Positions 17,801 through 27,932 of a stretch of 64,000 nucleotides of DNA are shown here, piece by piece. This DNA is from a virus. Taxonomy: Duplodnaviria > Caudoviricetes. The stretch lies in the IMG/VR virus record IMGVR_UViG_3300021412_000003, positions 4,929-68,928 of that record. One strand, 5' to 3'. The position numbers and the translations under genes were made by a program. The notes under the pieces were generated by a model. That model made no database searches and was not told the DNA's origin. It worked only from the letters and a program-made list of their open reading frames with translations. Numbering within the stretch: position 1 is the stretch's first letter; every line of letters begins with the position of its first letter.

Positions 17801-20800
17801 GGAGGTTTTGGCAACGAACTTCTGAACAGCATGGGCAAACTGAACGGTGCCAGTGCGAACGCCGTCGTATTGCGAGATCGCCTCAAGGAGCTTGGCGATC
17901 AGCTGATTCAAGTCGCGGCCAATGGCGGAGACATCACCGCTGCGTTCAACAATATGAGCCCGGCCTTCGCGGCATTGGCCAGAGATTCTGGTTTGAGCGA
18001 AGCCAAGATTCTGGAGCTAGCACGAGCATTCGGTGTTGTTCCAAATGAGCTCAGCGTGTTGGTCGCCGTGGCAGGTAAAGATCAGGCTATCGCAGAGCTG
18101 TCGGCTCTTGCGCTACAGGCCGAGCAGCTTGGCGCGGGCACGCACGAGATCAAGATGATCATGAAGGACCAGGATGCGATCAATGCTCTTCGAGCATTGC
18201 AAATTCAGGTTCTGGAGGTCAACAGCACCACTGGCGAAGTCAAGATCAATGTAGATCAGTCTCAGATCCTGGCGCTGCAGATTGCTCTGTCTCAGATGCA
18301 GAACAACCAGCCGATAACGATTCCGGCACCGAAGGTCGAAGTACCTCAGGTTCCTCCGGCGGTTCCTGCACCGACCACAGAGCAGCCGCCAATTCCAGCT
18401 CCTATCGTGGAGGTCCCCCAGACCCCTCCACCGACTACTCCGCCACCGAGTACGATTCCTATTCCAGCCCCTCCGGTGGACAGACCGATTACTCCGGAAC
18501 CAGCTCCTCCGACCACTCTTCCCACGATCCCGGCTCCCAGGGTTGAAGTTCCGGTTGTTCCGCCAATCCCAGAGGTTGCTCAGCCCGCACCTATTGTTCT
18601 TCGTATAGAGGGTGTTGAGGCAGTAACCGGCGGTCTCGGTTCGGTCACCGGCGCGATTCAGGGTGTAGACGGAGCAACGGGCGCGAGTGCGGGGAAGTGG
18701 GCCGAGTACGGTGCGGCGATCACGGGCGCGATCAACGGAGCTAGAGCTTCCGTCGACACGGCCATAGCTGGAATTGCAACTGCTCTGGCGGGCGCGGCAG
18801 CTGGAGCCAACGCCAGCGGCGCAGCGCTCGGACAGGGCTTCGCAGACGGCATCAGCTCTAAGATTGATGCCGTTCGAGCAGCGGCTCTCGCACTTGCTGA
18901 GGCAGCTGCGGCTCCGTTGCCCAGGTCTCCTGCTAAGATCGGTCCGTTCTCCGGTAGTGGATGGACTCCGTTCCGTGGTAGGTCTCTTGCCGAGGGCTTT
19001 GCCCAGGGTATCTCCTCGGGTGCGGCAACGGCTCAGGACGCAGCTTTGCTTATGGCCGCAGGGATTAGTGCTGCCCTGGATAGCGTCCGAGGTGCGTTTG
19101 GTCAGCCGCAGTCTCTCCTCGGGGAGAACAAGATCCCCGGAGCAGGCGGCAAGCTCTACGTTCGTGACCCAGAGATCACAGACGCTGAGCTGGCGGAAAA
19201 GCGCGCGGCCAAGCAGAAGGCGAAGGCAGATTCTGATGCAGAGACCGAAAGGTTTAGGGAATCAGATGAGCGCGAGAAGCGCACGGAATCAGAAGCGAAG
19301 GCTTCCGGCAAGGCCGTAGAGTCTGCGGAGGAGTTGGCCGAGAAGTTTGATCTTGTAATCACGAGCAATAAGAGAGATGAGCCGGGAAGCTTCCATCATA
19401 CCGGTGAGGCTTTTGATTTCTCGGGCAGCCCCGAGAACATGGCCAAGCTCAATGAATACTTGGCCAAGAACGATCCAGGTGCACGGGAGCTTTTCTATGA
19501 CCCCGGTGTCAGCATTGACGAGGGCCAGAAGATTCCGGGCATCGGTGGACACTCGGATCACGTGCACTATGTGCCTTCCAAGAAGACCGAGAAGGCTTCT
19601 GAGGACATTGCTGACAATACTTCTAAGGTCGGCAAGACTCAGTCTGACATCGTAGATGCGATTGTTGCCGAGGGTGTTCGCCGAGGGCTGTCTGATGAAG
19701 AGATTGCAGCCGGTGTTTCGACTGGACTAGTTGAGTCCAATCTGCAGAATCTGGACTATGGCGACCGAGACTCTGAAGGGGTGTTCCAGCAACGGCCTTC
19801 GCAAGGTTGGGGTACGCCTGGCAATGCTCAGCAAGATATTGAAGACTTCTTCGATGCTTTCGAGAAGACTGATCCGAATCTGACTCCAGCCGAGCGTGCG
19901 CAGGCAACTCAGCGGTCTGCCTTCCCAGAGCGCTATCAGCAGGAGATGACCGAGGCCCAGGCTCTTACGGAAGAGTCCTTGAGGCGGCAAGGTCGGGATA
20001 TCGACTCGGTTCGCTCTTCCTCGGATGAGACCGCTGAGAACACGGACATTCTCTCCAAGAATATCAACACGAGCGATCCTCGGGTTGATGAGTCCGTCAA
20101 GCTGTTACAGCGCGGTAATGCAAGTGACGCAGAGGTCATTCGGGCTCTGCAGGATATTGATGACACCATCGCTACGACCTCTGACCGCACCGTGCATGAT
20201 GATCTGGAATCTCTCCGGGACACCATCATGGACGAGCGGGGGATCAAGGAATTCGATCCATACGAGGGTGCTAGCGAAGATCTGTTCGCAGATGTTCTCA
20301 GTGTTGCCCAAGGCATTGTTGGTCTGTTTGATACGATCGAAGGTGGCCTTGACGCAGCGGGCAACGCCGCCGAAATGCTCATCCGGGGTTTCCAGAATAC
20401 GAAGGACGTCAATACTTTCGTAGACTCCGTGCAGTCTGCGGTCTCCTCGGTGGGCGAAGTCATTTCTACAGTGTCAAGTATCATTTCTACCGTGGCCAGC
20501 ATCGCTGCTCTGGCTGGCGCAGCAATTCCGGGCGTGGGGCAGATCGCGGCAGTGGCTTCGGCCGTGACCGGTGGCATTGGAAATGTCAATGCTGTAGTGG
20601 ACCTGGCTCAGCAAGTGTTCAAGATCGTTGGCCGATTCGCCGGTGGCATCTTGTCTGCGGCAGCAGGCGGACCGAATGGACCACTCATGGGCAATGTGCG
20701 AGTATTGCTGGACACGAATGACAATACGATCAAGACTTGGAGCGACGATAATCCGGACGATAAGCGAGTTCGTTCGCTGAGCACTGGTGCTCCGATCACC

Positions 20801-20938
20801 AATCAGAACAATCAGAGCACGACTGGAGTTGGTACACTTCAGGTATTCGGTGGGCCGGGCGACGACCCGAACAAGGTCATGGCTGATGCGATGTTCGCAA
20901 TTCGTGCCGCACAAATCGGAGCAGGAGCGTACGGATAA
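14852..20938 (+). CDS. Tape measure protein with peptidoglycan-hydrolase domains
   Basis: 2028 aa, TTG start with AGGAG; MAEYDLGTAHG; HHTGEAFD...HSDHVH metallopeptidase-like and VESNLQNLDYGDRDSEGVFQQRPSQGWG lysozyme-like motifs. Confidence 0.93.
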   Translation: MAEYDLGTAHGRIEIESDSRGTTAVIRQLAELRAAAASLERSLNETRDSLDQFSRNLRSVEVSSDNTDRRVVGLAGSVRRLGGDAQASSSMINRLNLDINKLAQVAVAGIQRVNELRSSLQKFTSVGGALGGMVSALTNVDEALAAAPRWQRDIVRVSRAISGLSAGTAVVRRLGLSFASMIAGTAAFGLIAPRITAARTALRLILGTAALIFPSFASAGVALRGFMASAGLLGSGLGALAGHVARTTRGMSQMVLGGLLMQKALQGIASAAKVAVVGMSGLSVIGAGMQIIGTVALGAANAVKQLSGALLIVPGVVAAMGIAAGVAQLALSGIGDAFKAASLTGQEFEDKIKDMSPTMRGVARSAQSMFNEFKNLKEIAQTTVLAGFANDIKLVGNIYIPTLERGISAVGTGLNRIKDGFRDFLLQPATIRDVNSAFGNTRTVLDNLSRSVWPLMAAFRDIASVGLEVFTEISNGAGQASVQFANFVSEARRTGELKDFIKDGIQGFKDLGSAISSIASALKTIFEAFGASGENALARLADGAQRFEEAMADSASGGTLEQIATALQEIAEISIDVVTTALEQLLAISARLAPFMQELQEGFGTGLVTAFTAVGNAAQFMASILGNMPGLGGVLGTILALGIALKATALLFSPIVRGVQLIAGAFILLRGAVTTIVGLNGVLAVLAARGGVVGAAMGRLRGGMIAASAAAGILTAALSAAVFAWFAIDAAHQNVDASLKRIADREKEVQEETENLVDALSDSGGALSKNVFEVIQTDLKNLVRDLEDTADQIPGTMAGAGAALETLFTRPADLAKGLFEGMSGDGQKMLKTLEGSAIGTQLTLKMTGEAAELAAQQIQQMGISSEDLSRMIVGSDTEIKVLVDALSKTENGGREAGIALRELRDQTLPIIQSMASLGPEAISLSESMKTLSDAGASAADKMGALKTALQALGILESSTEEAMFNIAQSVQEIANAGTGLEKGGGFGNELLNSMGKLNGASANAVVLRDRLKELGDQLIQVAANGGDITAAFNNMSPAFAALARDSGLSEAKILELARAFGVVPNELSVLVAVAGKDQAIAELSALALQAEQLGAGTHEIKMIMKDQDAINALRALQIQVLEVNSTTGEVKINVDQSQILALQIALSQMQNNQPITIPAPKVEVPQVPPAVPAPTTEQPPIPAPIVEVPQTPPPTTPPPSTIPIPAPPVDRPITPEPAPPTTLPTIPAPRVEVPVVPPIPEVAQPAPIVLRIEGVEAVTGGLGSVTGAIQGVDGATGASAGKWAEYGAAITGAINGARASVDTAIAGIATALAGAAAGANASGAALGQGFADGISSKIDAVRAAALALAEAAAAPLPRSPAKIGPFSGSGWTPFRGRSLAEGFAQGISSGAATAQDAALLMAAGISAALDSVRGAFGQPQSLLGENKIPGAGGKLYVRDPEITDAELAEKRAAKQKAKADSDAETERFRESDEREKRTESEAKASGKAVESAEELAEKFDLVITSNKRDEPGSFHHTGEAFDFSGSPENMAKLNEYLAKNDPGARELFYDPGVSIDEGQKIPGIGGHSDHVHYVPSKKTEKASEDIADNTSKVGKTQSDIVDAIVAEGVRRGLSDEEIAAGVSTGLVESNLQNLDYGDRDSEGVFQQRPSQGWGTPGNAQQDIEDFFDAFEKTDPNLTPAERAQATQRSAFPERYQQEMTEAQALTEESLRRQGRDIDSVRSSSDETAENTDILSKNINTSDPRVDESVKLLQRGNASDAEVIRALQDIDDTIATTSDRTVHDDLESLRDTIMDERGIKEFDPYEGASEDLFADVLSVAQGIVGLFDTIEGGLDAAGNAAEMLIRGFQNTKDVNTFVDSVQSAVSSVGEVISTVSSIISTVASIAALAGAAIPGVGQIAAVASAVTGGIGNVNAVVDLAQQVFKIVGRFAGGILSAAAGGPNGPLMGNVRVLLDTNDNTIKTWSDDNPDDKRVRSLSTGAPITNQNNQSTTGVGTLQVFGGPGDDPNKVMADAMFAIRAAQIGAGAYG

Positions 20939-21798
20939 TGCCAATGCGGACGGGCCAGTTTCAGATCGGGGACTTGGTATTCGGTAGGAATACCTTGTAC
21001 CCGATCAATGAGCTGAATATGAACGGATACGACGTCACGGCAGGAGACTACCAGGTAGCTTCGGCAGACGAGATCCGAATGACGAGAGACTTCTTCGCAC
21101 CGACGTCTATCTCGTTCACGCTGGCTGTGTTGGACAATTTTATCTTGCCGGTGTTCGGAAACTACCCCGGAGTAGTAGCTGTCGAGGATGGCAAACTCGC
21201 ACTTGACAACTTTATCCGAGAGTGGCGCGCTGATGAAGTGCGCAAGGTATGGGGTGCTACCAAACCGCTCAAAAGCCGCTCAGACAACGGCAAGACCACT
21301 CTAATATACGGTAGGCCGCGCAAGTTGGCTGTTGGCAAAGCCAGCCGCAAATCAGAATTTGCAGTGGTCGTAGCCGAGTATCAGCGGGTTGATACGCTTG
21401 CTTACTCGGACGATGAATATTTCGTCAGCATTGCGCCGGGTGGTGGTGGAACAAATATCGCTCGTCTAGACGGTCAGGCTCCGGCGTGGCTTCGGTTCCT
21501 CATCACTGGCCCGGCAAACGATCCTCTGATCAGTTTTGGAAGTCAATTCCAAGTTCAGATCGACTACAATATTCCAGCGGGCAAGGTGGTGGAGGTAAAT
21601 GCCTATCCCTGGACGCGGCGTGTTATACTGGCCCCGGACAATCTGAATCTTTCTCCATTGATGATCCCTCCTTCTCCGTACCTGAGCGAGATGAAGTTCC
21701 TTGCTGGAACCGATCACACGGTCTCGTGGACGGCAGGTAGCACTACTGGAGCCTCGAATCTGTCCGTACTCTGGCGAGAAGCCTATCTCTACTGGTGA
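20938..21798 (+). CDS. Minor tail protein (distal tail-like)
   Basis: Follows tape measure; YGRPRK, WREAY. Confidence 0.8.
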   Translation: MPMRTGQFQIGDLVFGRNTLYPINELNMNGYDVTAGDYQVASADEIRMTRDFFAPTSISFTLAVLDNFILPVFGNYPGVVAVEDGKLALDNFIREWRADEVRKVWGATKPLKSRSDNGKTTLIYGRPRKLAVGKASRKSEFAVVVAEYQRVDTLAYSDDEYFVSIAPGGGGTNIARLDGQAPAWLRFLITGPANDPLISFGSQFQVQIDYNIPAGKVVEVNAYPWTRRVILAPDNLNLSPLMIPPSPYLSEMKFLAGTDHTVSWTAGSTTGASNLSVLWREAYLYW

Positions 21799-21813
21799 GC
21801 CCCGGGAGGCCTT

Positions 21814-22953
21814 GTGAGATATATCGTAGAGCAGGCAGTGACAGGAGTTCTTCAGTCTCGAGACCTGCAAGTTATCAATCCGAAGATCGTTATCAACCTG
21901 TCGGGTGCCGCAGTTATCGAGTTCGAGGTGCCGTATGATACCTCCGCGGACGTTCTTTCGCTCGGCATCGACTTCAAGGCATACGGGCAGTACATCTACT
22001 GCGAAGAAGATACGGTAGCTGGCGCGAAACAAATTGTTGCGTTCGGGATCACGCAGCCGTGTACGGTAGACGAAGAGACCGGGAATATGAAGGTCCAGGC
22101 GGTTGGACCTTCCGGATATCTCAAGGGCCTGCCTTGGCTGGACAACTATAATCCAATTGCTGTTGATCCATTCGAGGTAGCTGCACGGATCTGGAACAAG
22201 GTGCAGACGGCGACGAATGGCAATATCGGAATCACTCTCGAACCAGCAAGCTCAGGAACGCTTCTCCTTCCTGGTTTTGGATTTGACGGGACTGAACTGG
22301 TCATCGAGTTCTTCGCTTATTTTGTTCGTGCCGCCGATTTTAGAGATTGCGGCGACGAGTTCAACAAGCTGGCAAGAGATATTCCGTTTGACTATCTAGA
22401 GAATGCAGCTTGGAATGGCGGTTATACGGCCATCAATAAGAAGATCACAATGGATTATCCACGACGAGGTCTTCAGCGTACAGATCTGGCTTTCCGTTTC
22501 GGTGAGAATGTTCTGGCCGGTAGTCCCGCCACCGAGTCGGAGATTAAATGGGTCTCGGATGTGATCGTGCGCGGCTGGTTTCCGGGCAGGGTCTACTCTT
22601 CCACCTTGAGCAATGCCGACCCCACCAGATTTCGGCGGGTCATCAAAGAAGAGGACGCCAAACTTAACTCGAAGGAACGTGCTGAAGTTTGGGCGAAGCG
22701 CAAGCTAGCTCGTAGACAGATCCCGAACTATTGGTCCAGCATAACTATCGACATGGATCATCCTAGCGCCAAGTTTGGAACATGGGAGCTCGGAGACGAC
22801 ATCTACGTCGAGGGTCCAATGGCATGGGTGGGAGACGTGAAAGCCTGGCACAAGGTCCTTTCCGCCACCATTGAGCCGGACAAGCGGCACGTTACGCTTG
22901 GGCTCATGCACGCCGGTGCGTTCAACTACGATCCGATTGATTTCCCGGAGTAG
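21814..22953 (+). CDS. Minor tail protein (baseplate hub/Tal-like)
   Basis: Position; YPRRGLQRTDLAFRFGENV. Confidence 0.75.
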   Translation: MRYIVEQAVTGVLQSRDLQVINPKIVINLSGAAVIEFEVPYDTSADVLSLGIDFKAYGQYIYCEEDTVAGAKQIVAFGITQPCTVDEETGNMKVQAVGPSGYLKGLPWLDNYNPIAVDPFEVAARIWNKVQTATNGNIGITLEPASSGTLLLPGFGFDGTELVIEFFAYFVRAADFRDCGDEFNKLARDIPFDYLENAAWNGGYTAINKKITMDYPRRGLQRTDLAFRFGENVLAGSPATESEIKWVSDVIVRGWFPGRVYSSTLSNADPTRFRRVIKEEDAKLNSKERAEVWAKRKLARRQIPNYWSSITIDMDHPSAKFGTWELGDDIYVEGPMAWVGDVKAWHKVLSATIEPDKRHVTLGLMHAGAFNYDPIDFPE

Positions 22954-22961
22954 GAGACGTT

Positions 22962-24014
22962 ATGGGCTGGGGCGATTACGAAAGCACGACCGTACGAGCA
23001 CTACGATCTATCGATAGCGCGAAGTACAACAAAGAGTTCACACAGAACATGCAGTCGCTGAACTACGCGACGGACTTCATGGCTGACTACATGATCGTCA
23101 TGCAGAAAGGCATCGACGACGCCAACAAGGACATCATCCAGAAGATCCAGGACTTCATCGAAGACCTGATCATCATCTTCGGTGGCGGAGACTACGGCGA
23201 TTCTGGGTTTGAATGGGGAGACCTGGGATACATCATTCAGGCAATTGGTGCGCTGTTCGGCTTCGGTACTAGTGGCCCCGTTGATCTGTTTGAGTCTGCC
23301 GCTCATTTCCTTGGTAACTTTCTGGAACCTCTCGGTCTCTTCGGAGACATAATCAACGGATTCATTAAATCCATCTTTGAATTCTTCGCGGGCTTGCTGA
23401 GCAATGTTCCGATCGTTGGAACTGTCCTTGAAGAGATCGTGACCAATGTTGCCGATGGCATCAATGACACGACTAGCACGGCCAACACTGCGCAGAGCAC
23501 GGCCACGACAGCAAATTCAGCGGCAAATGCCGCTGTGGTTACGGCAAATGCCGCCAGCAGTACGGCAAGTGCCGCCCAGACGTCTGCGAGTAACGCGGCC
23601 AGCGTGGCAGCGGCAGCTCAAGAGACTGCGGATATCGCATATGAGAATGCTCAGTATAATAAAGATGAGTTCGCTGTCTCATCGGCCGGTGTTGTACTTG
23701 GCAAGAACGAGGAGACCCTCGGCATCCTGATGACGACTCCGGCCGATCGTATCCGGAAGATAACCCGAGTAATCTATTCCTTCGGCAGCAACACCAGCAC
23801 GGCTACGATTCAGCTCATCCGTAAAACCGTGGGCGGTACCGAGAGCGTGGTTTTGACGACAAACATTTCTTCGGGGGCTATCGTGTATCCGGACAACACG
23901 ATTGATTACGAGACCACGGATCTTGACCATTACATGTGTAACGTTACGACTCTCGCTGGGACTGCGAACACTCTGCATTGCTGCATCGAGTCTGTAATTC
24001 TGGAGGCTCCGTAA
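22962..24014 (+). CDS. Minor tail protein with Ala/Thr/Ser coiled-coil stretch
   Basis: Position; TANTAQSTATTANSAANAA heptads. Confidence 0.7.
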   Translation: MGWGDYESTTVRALRSIDSAKYNKEFTQNMQSLNYATDFMADYMIVMQKGIDDANKDIIQKIQDFIEDLIIIFGGGDYGDSGFEWGDLGYIIQAIGALFGFGTSGPVDLFESAAHFLGNFLEPLGLFGDIINGFIKSIFEFFAGLLSNVPIVGTVLEEIVTNVADGINDTTSTANTAQSTATTANSAANAAVVTANAASSTASAAQTSASNAASVAAAAQETADIAYENAQYNKDEFAVSSAGVVLGKNEETLGILMTTPADRIRKITRVIYSFGSNTSTATIQLIRKTVGGTESVVLTTNISSGAIVYPDNTIDYETTDLDHYMCNVTTLAGTANTLHCCIESVILEAP

Positions 24015-25297
24015 TGTATCTTCTAAAGAGAGGGCGAGCTCTTTCCAAGCAAGGTTGGAAGCCGGATCTGAGCGTCAATCAGAATCCGCCCCTCCAACCC
24101 TGGCGCCCGTGGGGCGACATGACCAATGCCGATATTACCGGTGGTAAGCTCATCATTCGTGACAGCGGTAGCTTCTGGGGACTGGGGCCTCGAGGAGGAT
24201 GGGGCTCTGAGTATTTCCCTCTGACGGGCAATTGGGGCCTGGAGTGGTCCATGAACATGAACTCCATCGGCATTCTGGGCGGTAGAACATTCAGTATTTA
24301 TCTAGGAAAAAACTGGGTCTACGGTGGCGATCCAACAGCCGTTAAGTATCAAGTTCTGTTTCGGTGGGAGCATTACACGACAGAAGACTCAGAAGGAGAG
24401 ACTGAAGACCACTATGCGGCTAGTCTGTTCCTAGACGACAAAGACTCTGTTATTGACTCACCGCGCAAAGCCACCTATGACATGGGAAGCCTTTCCAATC
24501 TCATGAATCCGCACACTTGGCGGATCAAGTGCGTCAATGACAATACTCTGATTCTTTGGATGGACGGCATAGTACGCTGGGTGTATACAATCCCGGCAAG
24601 CCTGGAAGGAGGGGGTTTCCTTCGCGGCCCCGGTCTTCGGGCACAGGCCATGCGCGCTTCTTTCTGCGAGGCCGAGATAGAGAACTGGTATATATATGAC
24701 TACGTTCTGCCCCCTCCAACCTGGGATTCGGATCTGTTCTATGACAATTTCAACCGATCCGATGGCGCACCCGCCAATGGATGGACCACGGTTGGTTCGA
24801 ACGTCACTATTACCAGCAACTCGCTAGGTATCTCAACCGGATTCCTGAGTGACGGTAGCCGGGGTGCCTGGCGGAATGCCAGTCCGGCTACCAGTGGAGA
24901 CATGCGGCTTTCTGTCACGGTGGGCGGCACTCATGGAGTGTCCAGTGCTCAGGCTTCCTCCGTTATTGGAAGAATGAATGCGGCTGGAAACTTGGGCATT
25001 GCCCTGAACATCTTCAGCAATAAGCTTTACATTGCAAAGTTCTCCGGCTCATTGAGTAGCCCTACGTTCGTGGATTACGGTACGGATAATGTCACGATCA
25101 GCAACGGTGATGTCTTGGATTTTTGCTTCAACGATGACGAGTGCTGGGTGGAACGTGGTGGTGTAACTCTTCTTTATGCTGACGGAATCAATGCTCATTC
25201 CCCGGCTACCAACTGGTACTATGGATTGCGATTCAGTCGTGGAGCTTTCGTTAACTCCAACTCGTTCAATGATTTCCGACTGAAAGTGAAGGTGTAA
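24014..25297 (+). CDS. Minor tail protein, receptor-binding candidate (two beta-sandwich domains)
   Basis: ATG 24014 (TAATG); Trp/Gly-rich; FYDNFNRSDG. Confidence 0.7.
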   Translation: MYLLKRGRALSKQGWKPDLSVNQNPPLQPWRPWGDMTNADITGGKLIIRDSGSFWGLGPRGGWGSEYFPLTGNWGLEWSMNMNSIGILGGRTFSIYLGKNWVYGGDPTAVKYQVLFRWEHYTTEDSEGETEDHYAASLFLDDKDSVIDSPRKATYDMGSLSNLMNPHTWRIKCVNDNTLILWMDGIVRWVYTIPASLEGGGFLRGPGLRAQAMRASFCEAEIENWYIYDYVLPPPTWDSDLFYDNFNRSDGAPANGWTTVGSNVTITSNSLGISTGFLSDGSRGAWRNASPATSGDMRLSVTVGGTHGVSSAQASSVIGRMNAAGNLGIALNIFSNKLYIAKFSGSLSSPTFVDYGTDNVTISNGDVLDFCFNDDECWVERGGVTLLYADGINAHSPATNWYYGLRFSRGAFVNSNSFNDFRLKVKV

Positions 25298-25298
25298 A

Positions 25299-25616
25299 AT
25301 GGTAGCACTTCGAAGCCCCCTACTGGACCTGGACCTGGATCCTCAGGCTGCTTTGTATGTCGCTCATTTGGAGCGTCAGCTTCTGGCGTACCAAATCAAC
25401 GACGTGAAGTATCGAGCTCTTCTGGAGATGCTGACCGGAGAAGCCTGGGACGATCTGGCTCTGGATCTCGAGAATAAGGAACTGAAGGATATCGCCGTGG
25501 CTCTGGCGGAGAAGAAGCTAGGAGTTGCCAATATGGAAGCCCGAAAGATCGTTCGGATGCGTCAGGATCAGGCTAACTCCGCGGAGGACGGAACAAACAA
25601 AGCAGTTGCTAAGTAG
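25299..25616 (+). CDS. Hypothetical protein
   Basis: Clean ORF between tail and lysis genes. Confidence 0.65.
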   Translation: MVALRSPLLDLDLDPQAALYVAHLERQLLAYQINDVKYRALLEMLTGEAWDDLALDLENKELKDIAVALAEKKLGVANMEARKIVRMRQDQANSAEDGTNKAVAK

Positions 25617-25627
25617 CCGGTTCGGAT

Positions 25628-25637
25628 AGGGTACACT
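25628..25637 (+). promoter_or_regulatory. Putative -10 element AGGG-TACACT for lysis cassette
   Basis: 18 nt before lysin ATG; same motif as 12629. Confidence 0.5.
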
Positions 25638-25655
25638 AAGGGATGAGGAGGCGAG

Positions 25656-26954
25656 ATGGAGAACAAGTTTTGGCCCCTTGCTAAGGGGTCATTCACAATC
25701 TCGTCTGGATTCGGTCCACGAGATGGTGGCTTTCATTATGGAATGGACTTCGCGGCCAAGAGGCGTGTACCGATCTATGCTCCGGTTGATGGCTTTGTCG
25801 TTGAAGGTCTTGAGCGGGAGAATGTTCAGGGATTTGGCAAGTGGGTTTGGCTGGACTGCCAGGAGACTTGGGGGATAGACTTTATCGTGGGGCACTGCGA
25901 CCCCATGGTTCGCAAGAATGAGATTGTTCATGCTGGAGGCCTCATTGGATACGTCAACAGCCATGGGCAGTCTACTGGACCACATGCTCATTGCGAGGTA
26001 TGGACCAGGCCGGGACGCATTGGAGGAAAGGCTGTTGATCCGGCTCAGTGGCTGAAGGATGCGAAGTATGTCGGGGAGATTATGGAACCGACGAAAGGCG
26101 GTAGTATGAGCAATCCGATCACTAGAACCATGCTAAGCCCCAATTGCCATTCGGGTGGCAGGGGCGTTGACTGGATCGGTATTCATACGCAGGAAGGCGG
26201 GCGCAAAGCAGTAGACCTCGCGACCTACTGTGGCAATCCGGCTCCTGGAGGAGATCCGAACAGAGCAGTCTCGTACAACGGAGTCGTAGATGATGTAGAG
26301 TCTATCCTGGTTGTTCCATGGGACATGAATCCATGGTCTGCGTCCAATGCGAATAGCCGTGCAGATCACATCTGTGCGGCCGGAAGCTATGCCGGTTGGT
26401 CTCGGGGGAAATGGCTAGAGACTGATGCTAGTGATGGAAAGAACGAAGACCTCGAACTCACCAAGCTAGCCCAGCTTACCGCGTGGCGATGCCAGGTTCG
26501 AGGTATCCCTCCAGAGTATGTAGGGAATTATGGAAAAGGTCCATTTCCGCCAAGCAAGCCGGGTATCTGCGGTCATATGGACTTCGGCCCGTGGGGAGGT
26601 GGCCACCACGATCCAGGGGTAAACTTCCCTTGGGATGAATTCATTCGCCGAGTAAAGGCATTCTATAATGGAGGCACAATGGGGTTCCTTGACGAAACAT
26701 TCAAGAACTTTCAGAACAACAATGTGACGATTCGCACCGTCTTGTTCTTCGTGGATCAGAAGATCGAGGCCATACGGGCTCAGGTCGTTGACGGATGGGC
26801 ACAGCTCGGCACCAATGCCGAGGGTAAGCCACTGACCCTGATTGATAGTCAGGCTATTCAGAACAGCAAGCTGGACCAGATCATTGAGCTGGAGAAGAAG
26901 ATTCTGGACCTTGGCCAGAAGACCTACGAACTTATCCTGGCAGAGAAATCATGA
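25656..26954 (+). CDS. lysA: Lysin A: M23 peptidase + amidase_2 + C-terminal binding region
   Basis: HYGMDF...GPHAHCE (M23); IHTQEG...GHMDF...HHDPG (amidase). Confidence 0.9.
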   Translation: MENKFWPLAKGSFTISSGFGPRDGGFHYGMDFAAKRRVPIYAPVDGFVVEGLERENVQGFGKWVWLDCQETWGIDFIVGHCDPMVRKNEIVHAGGLIGYVNSHGQSTGPHAHCEVWTRPGRIGGKAVDPAQWLKDAKYVGEIMEPTKGGSMSNPITRTMLSPNCHSGGRGVDWIGIHTQEGGRKAVDLATYCGNPAPGGDPNRAVSYNGVVDDVESILVVPWDMNPWSASNANSRADHICAAGSYAGWSRGKWLETDASDGKNEDLELTKLAQLTAWRCQVRGIPPEYVGNYGKGPFPPSKPGICGHMDFGPWGGGHHDPGVNFPWDEFIRRVKAFYNGGTMGFLDETFKNFQNNNVTIRTVLFFVDQKIEAIRAQVVDGWAQLGTNAEGKPLTLIDSQAIQNSKLDQIIELEKKILDLGQKTYELILAEKS

Positions 26955-27238
26955 TTTCTATGAATGATCCACTCTGGGCGGTCAAGGAGCTGATCGCAAG
27001 ACAGTCTTGGTACAAGCGGTTTTCCAACACCGTCACGGCTGGTGTGGGTTCTATCGTTGGCCTCCTGTGGCTTGCCGCGTCGTTCGGAATGGATGTTCCG
27101 GACGACGTGTCGAAATGGGTTTTCGCCATCATCGGCGTGCTCACAGTGCTCGGCATTCTCAAGACCCCCAATGGGATGACTGAAACACAGCTCAGGGAGA
27201 TCGAAGAGATCAGCACTGGTCGGCATCGCAAGCCCTGA
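26951..27238 (+). CDS. Holin
   Basis: Two TM segments, basic C-terminus, directly after lysin. Confidence 0.75.
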   Translation: MISMNDPLWAVKELIARQSWYKRFSNTVTAGVGSIVGLLWLAASFGMDVPDDVSKWVFAIIGVLTVLGILKTPNGMTETQLREIEEISTGRHRKP

Positions 27239-27259
27239 TCGGTCTATATAGGATGTGAC

Positions 27260-27577
27260 GTGTTCCGTTGGATAGCTCAAAACCCACCGGCTGGTACGGG
27301 AGACATCTTTCTCCAGTACGGCGCGATTGGGGCTATCTTGCTTGTTTCAATTTGGGCTATCTACTATCTGTATCGTAGACAAGAGCGGCAACACGATACG
27401 GAACGGGAACAATGGCGACTAATGTTTCAGGAGGAGAGGCAGCGTGGCGACCGTCTCGAGAATCGTCTCCTTGGGCTTCACGAGGAGATTGGCGACAAGT
27501 TCGCTGGAGCTCTGGCGGAGTCCACAGCCTCAATGCGAGAATGGTCTGATACAATGAAAAATCGAGGCGATCGATGA
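27260..27577 (+). CDS. Single-TM lysis-cassette protein
   Basis: FLQYGAIGAILLVSIWAIYYLY followed by coiled coil. Confidence 0.7.
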   Translation: MFRWIAQNPPAGTGDIFLQYGAIGAILLVSIWAIYYLYRRQERQHDTEREQWRLMFQEERQRGDRLENRLLGLHEEIGDKFAGALAESTASMREWSDTMKNRGDR

Positions 27578-27765
27578 TGGTCGATGCGGAGCGCAGTTCT
27601 GGGGCTGGCTCGGGCGCGGCTCGTAGAGATCTAGATGAGATTATGAGAGAATCCAGAGCTCTCTTGGCTCAGCTGACGGCTGGCTTTGACGAGCTGGAGA
27701 AGGTGGTCGTAGAGACGCGAGAGGATGCCCGCCGGGAACGCGGCTCTAGTAGATGGGGTCGGTAA
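27574..27765 (+). CDS. Hypothetical coiled-coil protein
   Basis: Coupled overlaps on both sides. Confidence 0.55.
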   Translation: MMVDAERSSGAGSGAARRDLDEIMRESRALLAQLTAGFDELEKVVVETREDARRERGSSRWGR

Positions 27766-27932
27766 TGGCGCTATGGCTTTTTGGATCTCGCCGACGTGAG
27801 GCAGAGGCTGCCGAAGACAAAAAGTATCACGAGATGCAAAATAAGATTGATGATTTGCGAGCCATGGTGGCGCTACTCGAGGCAAACTTCAAAGAGATTG
27901 AGATGAACCGTCGTAAGAAGGACGCGATATGA
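27765..27932 (+). CDS. 55-aa hypothetical protein, not in ORF track
   Basis: MALWLFGSRRREAEAAEDKK...; TAATG and ATGA overlaps. Confidence 0.6.
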   Translation: MALWLFGSRRREAEAAEDKKYHEMQNKIDDLRAMVALLEANFKEIEMNRRKKDAI

